64,000 bases of DNA, from assembly GCA_951406725.2 (NCBI GenBank), contig OX597817.1:120590001-120654000 (forward strand), in the 5' to 3' direction. The position numbers and the translations under genes are program-made. This DNA comes from Octopus vulgaris (Eukaryota). Position 1 is the stretch's first letter, and every line of letters begins with the position of its first letter. Below are positions 54,896-64,000 of the stretch, one piece after another. The notes beneath the pieces are model-generated. The model saw only the letters and a list, made by a program, of their open reading frames with translations, searched no databases and was not told where the DNA came from.

Positions 54896-55328
54896 TTGTT
54901 GTAGTATAGTACTGGTAGTGTGCGAGAATAATATAGTTTGCTTTGTATTTTGTTTTTATAATCTAAAGGAAATTAGCCCATTTATATAAGGAAATAGATT
55001 ATTAAGGCAGTTAAAATTGCTTTTGTCAAAATATATTAGAAGTATTTAGCATTGTTAAGCAAGAGAAGCTCTTTGCAAGCTAAGAATTTAATGAAGGTTT
55101 GGTACTTGGTTGAAACCAATTCCTTTACTTTATACTGTCACTGATCTTTAGAACTAAGAATATTACATAAACTCTTCTCCCTTTCATCTACAAAGTTGTG
55201 GTTTGGCATTCAGATTGAAAATCATATTTTTAAAAGAAGTATTTGCATTATGTTCTTCTGCGATGATGACAAAGTAATTAAGGAAATAAATATATATTTA
55301 AAAATCCTAAAAAAAACTTAGTCAATAT

Positions 55329-55600
55329 AGGCATAGGCATGGCTGAGTGGTGAAAAGCTTGCTTCTGAACAACATGGTTCTGGGTTCAGTCCCACTGCAT
55401 GGCACCTTAGGTAAGTGTCTTCTACTATAGCCTCAGGCTGATCAAAGCCAGTTCGCCAAAAAAAACAAAAAAAAAACTGATAGAATAAGTACCAGGCTTA
55501 AAAAAAATAAGTCCTGGTGTCAATTCATTTGACTAAGGATAAAAGGTGGTGCTCCAACATGGCTGCAGTCTAATGACTGAAACATGTAGAAGATAAATGA
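55329..55600 (+). mobile_element. SINE family A, internally deleted
   Basis: Head joined directly to the GTTCGCCAAAA...GAAAC tail. Confidence 0.8.
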
Positions 55601-55647
55601 CAAAAGGAATGGGAATTTGGGTTCTTACCATTAAGACATGGTAAGAA

Positions 55648-56017
55648 TGGTTTCAAATTTTGGTACAAGACCAGCAATTGTAAGGGGAGAGTGTTCTTCA
55701 ATAACATCAGTCTCATTGTTCATTTGGTACTGATTTTATTGACCTTGAAAGCATAAAAGATAAAGTCAACCATGGCAGAATTTGAACACAAAATATAATG
55801 AGCCCAAAAAAAAATATGCCACTAAACATGTTTTGTCCAACATACCAACGACTATGTCAGCTCACAGAGATAGTAATAATGGTTTTAAATTTCGCCAAAA
55901 GGCCAGCAATTTTTGGTGGGAGGGGGCAGATGAGTTAATTACATCAACCCCAGTGTTCGACTGGTACTTATTTTATCGACCATGAAAGGATGAAAGGTAA
56001 AGTCAACCTCAGCAGAA
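55648..56017 (-). mobile_element. Two tandem SINE family D copies
   Basis: GAAAG(G/C)AT(G/A)AAAG..AAAGTCAACC..GCAGAAT occurs twice. Confidence 0.75.
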
Positions 56018-58305
56018 TCTTGCTGCATATAGTTACTGCCAGTTACAAACAACTCACCACTTGTAAGCTATAGAAAAGATTCTCTGGTGCTCAGCCAAAG
56101 ACCAGTGCCCCTCATTCTTCTCAACTTGCCTTGAAGCTTTATTCTGATTGACTGCATGATGTCTGTTGTACAAAAGCCTATTACCATTCCACATTTAATT
56201 AATTTTACACTCTCATCTACCAGTTGGTGGACAGCTTCTTTGATCATAAGGGAAGCATAATGAACAATATTGTTTAAACAGTTCTTCAAGCTATTCTAAT
56301 GAATAAACCTCATTATTACAAATGAAATGAGGAAATGAATCCTTTCTGAAAGTAAGTCCTTATTTTGTTTTTTTAATACCAGTTATTACCAAGATATATC
56401 TTACATTTTCCACTAGTTACTCATATTTAGAATTTCTTGCAATAGCATTCTGTCTTAAGATATATGAACAATTATTATATATATATTTTTATTGGCTTGT
56501 TCAATATGTTACAATGTATCTGTACACTTTATCATCTATTTTACTCAATCTAGCTTGAATATAGTTATAGGTTTTCCTTTCTTTATAGAATGTTTAATGT
56601 TAGGAAAGTAAGACATAAAATATATTATCATAAATTATATTGCCAGTATAGAAGAAAGTAAAAAGACATAACCATTATTTCAGTCATTGTAAAATGAAAT
56701 ACACAAAATTAGTTAATACTATAATAATTACTGTAAAATTAAACATTGGTTGAAAACATATTAATTGCAATAAAATGTTGTGATGGATCATAAATGAAAA
56801 ATAAAAATTGAAATAACACTTTCATGTAGTATCTAACTGTTCATCATATAAACTGTAAAATAAAAATAAAAAATGGTACATTTGGATAAGTTGTTTGGAT
56901 ACTCAGCAAGAAGGCATGTAGGAAATATAACATATTTATACATAAAAATATATAAGTAATGTTTAAATCATATCTATATTAGTCTTGGTTGTATAGGTAA
57001 TATTGCGTTTCTTTCTGTTTTACATTCATAATAGAGTTATTTGTATACAACACCATTAATCATCTCTTGATGATGAAAGCTTATTATCTAAACATGTGAC
57101 ATATTTATTTATGGCATATTAACATTAGTGTATTGGCTTGATGCCGGGGGTAAAAATAAACATGCTTGAAATCCACTGCTAATAAGAATTTCCTCAATGT
57201 TCAAATGCTACTTGCACATTAGCATGAATGCTTTATTCTAGTTTTTCAGTAAATCTCACTGAGTGCCTTTCACAGGTACATCAAACATTCACACCATGGG
57301 AGGTAAAAAAAAAGAAATCCAAACAAAACGTAGTACAGTAATGCATAACATAATTACCAATTCTTGATGAATGGAAATAATTTCCATGTAGCATACCTTA
57401 ATTATATTTTATAAGTTAACTTTCATGATTCAGTTCATTTAGTGATTGCTTTGTGAAATATTTTCATAATTAATCCATATTTACCCATGGCAAGAAGAGG
57501 CATTGGCATTATATTGAGTGTTAAATTAAGTTTTGTGACACCAATAAATTTTGTTCTGCTTAGTGACAGCCTTGTGGATAGTGTTAATTACTTGCTTTTT
57601 TATGTATTTTATTACATTAACTAAATACATTATAATACTTGCAACATGAATCTAATAATACACATAGGGTCACTACTATATGACAAAATTTATGTCATGT
57701 TCTATTAAGAAATTAATTTTTCATGAATTCAATCTTTGAAATAATTACAATCTGAACTTTATTGATGTATTTACAGTATTCCACTTTCATAATATTTATT
57801 TGTAAGAAAGTTTCATAAGTTTACCTTCTACAAGCATTGTAAAAATCTTATGCTTTGTTCAGAGGGTGAGTAAAAGGAGAAAAAAGTTTTGTTGGTGTTG
57901 TTTAGCCTCTGGGCAACCCTGGCTGAGCAGATCTGAAATCAAAAGTGTATTTAGTCATGACCAATCTATCAGCTTTTTTTTTTAAATAAGTGTACAGATT
58001 TGATGGAGATTTAGCTTCTATTTCTTGAATGTCAAGAGACTGCCTAAAGGCTCTCTCATTGGTTCTCACAAAAAAGCATAACAAAGAAACACATTATATA
58101 GTGACTCTGACTAATTTTGACTGGTCTAGAAGACAACATTGCTTTACTCTAACAATTGCAAATTTCATTTAATATTATTACTGATAGACTTTTCTGTGCT
58201 TTATAATCCTGTTTCTCTATGCTAACATGAATGAGAAATTTGGGTAAATAGGAATTTTTGCATATTTTACGTGAGTGTCAAGAGACGTTTCAATGCTGTT
58301 CTCTT

Positions 58306-58531
58306 TTAATTCTTTAGCATTGAGATTACTGTCAAATGTAATGCTTATTTATATACATTGTTTTGAATTAATCATTCAGTATATTGAAGCTTCTAGATTT
58401 CAATGATGTAATTGCTTATTTTTACAATAACATTGTAAAGTAGGTGTGAGAGGCTGGGTCTGGCCAGTTTGAACATAAAACTGGCAGAATATTTGGGCTG
58501 GATATGACCAGTTTAAATGCTAAAGTATTAA
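58306..58531 (-). mobile_element. TTAA-flanked MITE, family 1
   Basis: TTAATTCTTTAGCATT...AATGCTAAAGTATTAA; reverse complement of 47163-47394. Confidence 0.85.
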
Positions 58532-60732
58532 ATGTATGTTGAGATAGTATTTCAGAGTTTTCTTTTGAACCCTCTTCCTTTCTATGAATGTTAGTCTTTA
58601 ATAAATGCAAAAATGTTTTTGAAATCTCCAGTTACAATGTACCTCCTATATCACACACTTCTAAAAGGTATTAGTCTAAGGCAAGTTATTGTTGAGATGT
58701 ATTCTAACCAAGACCATTCAACATTTTTGTGTATCAGTATATTAGATACTTTGTCGGATGTATCATTTATTTAAGAAAGACAGTAGGATGTGATTTGAGG
58801 GACATTTGGTTGCTACTTCTTGCTGGTTGAACATCTGTGTAGAGATTACACTTACTGAGGCTTCTTAACCCCTGACAATGAGCCTGTGTTTTTCATTAAA
58901 GGCATGTCAGTCTTGGGGAATCTTGATTCTAGAGACTATCTCTCCTCATACAGAACTGTTCTTAATAATTGGCATTTGATAATTGTGAATCATCCTCAAG
59001 AAGCAGAGATAGTTTTAATTTATCAGGAATATGATGTACCTGTATTTGTCTATGTTGTTCAAATATATACCTCTGGCCTTTCTAAGTATTTTCACTTAGC
59101 TTATTTTTGTTAGACACACACAAGCATGCACATGCGTGTACACACATGCATGCACATGCATGTACACACATGCATGCACATTATATGAGTGTGTTTCTGG
59201 TATCAGGTACTGAAATAAAGAAATATGTTAGAGTTTTTTTGCTTATTTTAGTCTTTGTAAATTAAATTTCATTAATCTTAGTATTATAAGCGTAATTCTT
59301 CATATGGATTCACAATCAAAACCCATAAATACAAAGGATTAAAGATGAATGTGAGAGTCATCAGTAAAGATACTGTATTGTATGCAAAACAACACTCTTT
59401 CATCATCTTGAGTCACATCCTCTGCCACTAACTGAAATATTTATTCTGAACAAGACAAATAAATTCACAGAATAGGTAGGGTACCTATCTAACTGCCTTA
59501 CCACATAATATTATTAGTTATACTACTCTCATCATTATAGAAGATGGTACCAAGTGATGGATGCTAGTGTAAGGATTTATTTATACCCTTCATTTTCTGT
59601 TAGTTAAGTATATCATTCCTTTTACCTGAATAGTGCTTTATTTTATTGACACTGAAGTGATGCAAAGCAAAGTCTACCTGAGCAGAATTTGAACTCTGAA
59701 TGTGAACAACTAGAATAAATACCAAAATAATTTTTATCCAATACTCTTATAATTCTGCCAGTCTAGGCTCTATCAAATATTAGCAATAAAGTACTAGTTC
59801 AGAAATTGTAATGCAATTTAAATAAATAAGTCCTGCAGTCAATTTTGTAGGTTGTATGCTTTGTCACAAATTTCTTTTCTTGTGCTTGTGTTAGAAATCA
59901 ATTTTAGTAATTTTCTGTTTTACCATAAGTAAGAAATAGAACAACTTGCATGCTGTAGCATGTATGTTGTTCATAATCATATCTATTATATGTCTAGTCA
60001 TAAATTGTTATTCCCATTCATAGTAATTTCCAGTAGGTTTCTGTTGAAAGAAAACTATAAAGAATTCTGTATTTTAATATTGGAATTTCAATATTTTTCT
60101 GGATTGACCCCAGTGCAGTTCTATGATGCAAATAATAGGTGACGCAAGCTTCAGAATTTTCAGAAAGGTTGTCAGCAAACTGTTTATTAATTAAGAAAGT
60201 GGTAGTGAGGAGCCAATTTAACTTTGTGTGTGTGAGTGAGAGAGAGGGTGAGAGCCAGAGAGGGAAAGAGAGAAAGGGGGGAGAGAGGGGGAGAGCCAGA
60301 GAGAGGAAGAGAGAGGGATGGAGGGAGGGAGAGAGAGAGAGGGAGTGAGTGAGAGGTATGGTCAAGAATACAAAATCAGTTTCTAAAGTAGAGAGTGCTT
60401 TTGGCCTGTATTTGCAGAAAAAGAAAGAAAATTACTTATTTGAAGAATTAATATGTTTCATTCATATTGTCATACTGCATGCTCTTATATTTGTACTTGT
60501 GAGGGAGCTTCTGCATTAGAGCTTGACTTGCTAGGAATAGAAGTAAAATTTTCTTGAGATTACACTGTGCTATTTTGTAAAAGAAAGTCTCTATCAATAA
60601 TGCTGTTCTAAATACTTAATACTTCTAAAAAAAGGATGGAATGGCCTTCGATGGAATAGAGCCTGTCTAATCATCCATTCCATGGCAGCATAGAATATGG
60701 ATGTAAAAGGTGGTCATTATGTACATATATAT

Positions 60733-61085
60733 ATCCAAGAGTTAAGGAATAGAGGAGATAAAATCTGTGCTACGTATGTTTCATAGCGAGTTGTAAATAT
60801 CCAAGCAAGATGTATACTACAGGCTACTCTTCAAGTATCTTGATTAACTGAAGCTTACTTTGTTGTTTGGAGGCCCATGTTAACACATGGAGGATTTGAT
60901 CAGAAATCTCGTGTTAACATAGACCTCCTAATGACAAAGTAAACTTCATTTAATCAAGATACCCTTGACCTGAAGAGTAGTCTGCAGTATACACTTTGCA
61001 TTGATATTTACCACTCCTGAGGCTCCACTCACTATGAAACATATGTAGCTCGAACTTTATATGCTCCATTCCTTAACTCTTGGAT
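60733..61085. mobile_element. Fold-back element, 353 bp
   Basis: Perfect terminal 18-mer ATCCAAGAGTTAAGGAAT / ATTCCTTAACTCTTGGAT, with pairing continuing inward to the centre GATTT-gatcag-AAATC. Confidence 0.9.
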
Positions 61086-61614
61086 TTTTATTTGCCCTGA
61101 ATGCCAACCGTGAAATATAAAATAAATTTTTTCAGTTTATTGTACTTTAATACCAGAAAAATTCACAAACTTCTGCCACAATAAACCACTGTTATTCCTG
61201 TTATGACGTAGGTATTCACATCTGGTGTAAAATGGTGTTACACAAATAAATAGTTGGTTGTGGTTATCAAAAAAAACCTATCGCAGAAATATATGTTGAC
61301 ACAGAACACACTCTGTACTACATGTATGTAGATGTGATACTCAGTATCCACTGTTTAACTACTGACTGTTAAACTAACACATGTCGAACTAACTTGGTAA
61401 ACCAACAAGGTTGAACTAACACTGTCAACTTGACAGTTCATTCAGTTCTTATTTATTGTAAACTGTTAGTTCACCTTCAGTCACATGGTGTTCAGGATTC
61501 TCCCATAACAATTCTAGAAAGTTTTTTTTAATATTTTCTATGGATTGCTTGAAGCTCACTTTCTTCATACACCTCAATCCTCGGATCTTACATTTATATA
61601 TGTGTGTATGTATG

Positions 61615-61659
<45 letters not shown>

Positions 61660-62409
61660 ATGTGTGTGTGTGTGTGTGTACATATATAAATCTCTGTTGA
61701 TTCAGCAAAAGTGATAAATCAAAGAATGCAGTAAAAATGTAGGGTATTCTTTTATACATTATAATTGAAAGGCTCTGATTCCTGGTACTCAGAATTGCTT
61801 ACTCAGAATTGATCATCAGCTGATAAACTAAAGCTAATTTTCTTTTGAATATCATCTGCCTGAATATTTCATGAAAAATGAAATGGAAGTGAGAAGGAAA
61901 TGCTTATCTTTATGTTCTTTCATTTGCAAGCCTTTGCGAACAAGTGTGGAAACAGCTACTGCAAGCTCATGCTGTTGATTTCCTTTCTAATTCCTCTGGT
62001 AATATTATAATAAACATCATAAACTCCATACATTTGAAGTCATGAACTTGTGTTGCTGTTTAAGCAATGTTCTAAAATAATAATTTTAAGTAATCTTTTT
62101 AATTAATACTTTTAATTAATGTTTTCAAAAACAAGTGCATATGCAGGTGTTCCATTTGCATGCACCTGGACAAATGCATAGATATACACACATATAAACT
62201 CATAGACACAAATATATACATGGAATTATATATTATTGTATGTATTATACATACATGTATACATGTACATATATTCTTATATACATATATGCACATATAG
62301 AAATATAGCCATGCATTCAAACATATTAAAACATATATTGATAAAACTATTATTTTAACATATCAAAAACTATTTTTCCCTCTGAACCAGAACAAGATTC
62401 AAGAAGGTT

Positions 62410-63030
62410 TGTATTTGCATAAAAGATATTTAACTGCTTGCATACAAGGCATTAACAGCTCATTTCTTTTGTTCAAACTATTGGTGACTTGAGTAAAAAT
62501 TCTCAGTTTTCTTTTTTTTTTGCTCAAACAAAGGTCACACTACATCTTTCATTTAAGCCTTACATTCTTGTATGGTTGTGTGTTATCCACAATAGAGCAG
62601 GTCATTTTGAATTCATGAGGACTTGTCTTATGCAAGAACCATGTAAACTTTGACAATTCTGTAGCTTATTTTCTGTTGGAGATGACAAATGAATGTTTGT
62701 GCATGTAATAAAACTTTTTGAATGCAAGTTTTGTTGTCCCAATATATATTACTGCTGTTTGATTCAACCTTTGCACTGTATACTATCGACTTTGCCAGAC
62801 AGTTACCATCTAATGGACAGTTCTCATGAAGTCTAAAGTTGCATGATCTTTGTTGGCTAGCTGTTTGCATCTCTCTTCTTTCTATTCAGCTGAAATTTTT
62901 GCAAGCTGAATAACTAACCTTAACACAGTTCCAGTTCAATATTTTTCTATATTTATGCCCTGACAGAAAATGGTTATCTATTGAATTAAGAAATTCTCTA
63001 GCTATATTAGTTTTTACTGTTAGGTTAAAA
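62410..63030 (-). pseudogene. Penelope-like element linker plus GIY-YIG endonuclease relic
   Basis: VKTNIAREFLNSIDNHF...VKVSYS, CNFRLHENCPLDGNCLAKSIVYSAKV, YIGTT...FK...H..SF, TELSKFTW, CDLCL and LNKRNEL...KYLL. This is the characteristic PLE motif series, with stops and frameshifts. Confidence 0.9.
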
Positions 63031-63498
63031 ACTGTAATTGTATGATGGAGTAAACCTATGATAGAAGTACAATGTTTAGCTGATACTGCATGTGGAATTG
63101 TATATACCTGGCAAAATGTAACAAATACCCTATTTTATGTATGTGCGGGCTGTTAAGAAGAATTAGTTTATATAAATGAAAGAACATAAAGTTAAGTGTT
63201 TCCTTCAGACTTTCATTTCATATTTCAAAAAGTATTCAGACAATGGATATTCGAAAGAAAACCAGGTTTCTTGGTTTAACACCTGATGATCAGAAATGAG
63301 CAACTCTGAGTACTGGAAATATGAGCCTTTCAATAATGTATTTTATATATATGCTTCACATTATGCCACAGGGTCAACTGTTTACAGTAATCAACTAGTA
63401 CTTATTTCATCCCTGAAAGGGTGAAAGGCAAATTTGACCTTAGCAGAGCTTGAACACAGAATGTAAAGACAGATGAAATGCCACTAAGCCTTTTGACT

Positions 63499-63790
<292 letters not shown>

Positions 63791-64000
63791 TCACATGATC
63801 ACGTGATATAAATCTTTGTTTTTAGGTTGTGATAAAAATAATTTTACATTAAATTGAAGGACATGTCAGTAATTTGGTAGCATACAAAATTGTTATTCTT
63901 TAACAAGAATATCATTGACTGTAACTGCGAAGTTTCAGCCAGCAAAATATATAGTGTTACTGCAATTCGAGGACTTCAGTAAATCAAAAAATATGATTTC

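Overview
AT-rich eukaryotic genomic DNA packed with microsatellites ((TA)n, (CA)n, (TACA)n, (AAT)n, (GA)n) and interspersed repeats. The SINE families and microsatellite density look like an Octopus (coleoid cephalopod) genome; this is my recognition, not a database result. There is no long intact ORF, and almost all ORF-track entries are repeat artefacts. Mobile DNA includes several tRNA-derived SINE families, an internally deleted DD34D mariner, mariner-, hAT- and TTAA-type MITEs, two long fold-back elements, two Penelope-like GIY-YIG fragments, and decayed RTE, CR1-like, HERO-like and other non-LTR relics. The window probably holds the 3' end of a large + strand gene: a short exon at 14500-14581 splices in frame to 47875-47924 and 48666-48701, and there are several other phase-compatible candidate last exons. 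The most unusual signal is a minimal type I hammerhead ribozyme with a swapped G3-C8 core (19141-19189, minus strand). It sits in a ~200 bp non-coding repeat that has a second, decayed copy. Further hammerhead-like motifs lie in the fold-back at 60733-61085. Most repeat boundaries are approximate.
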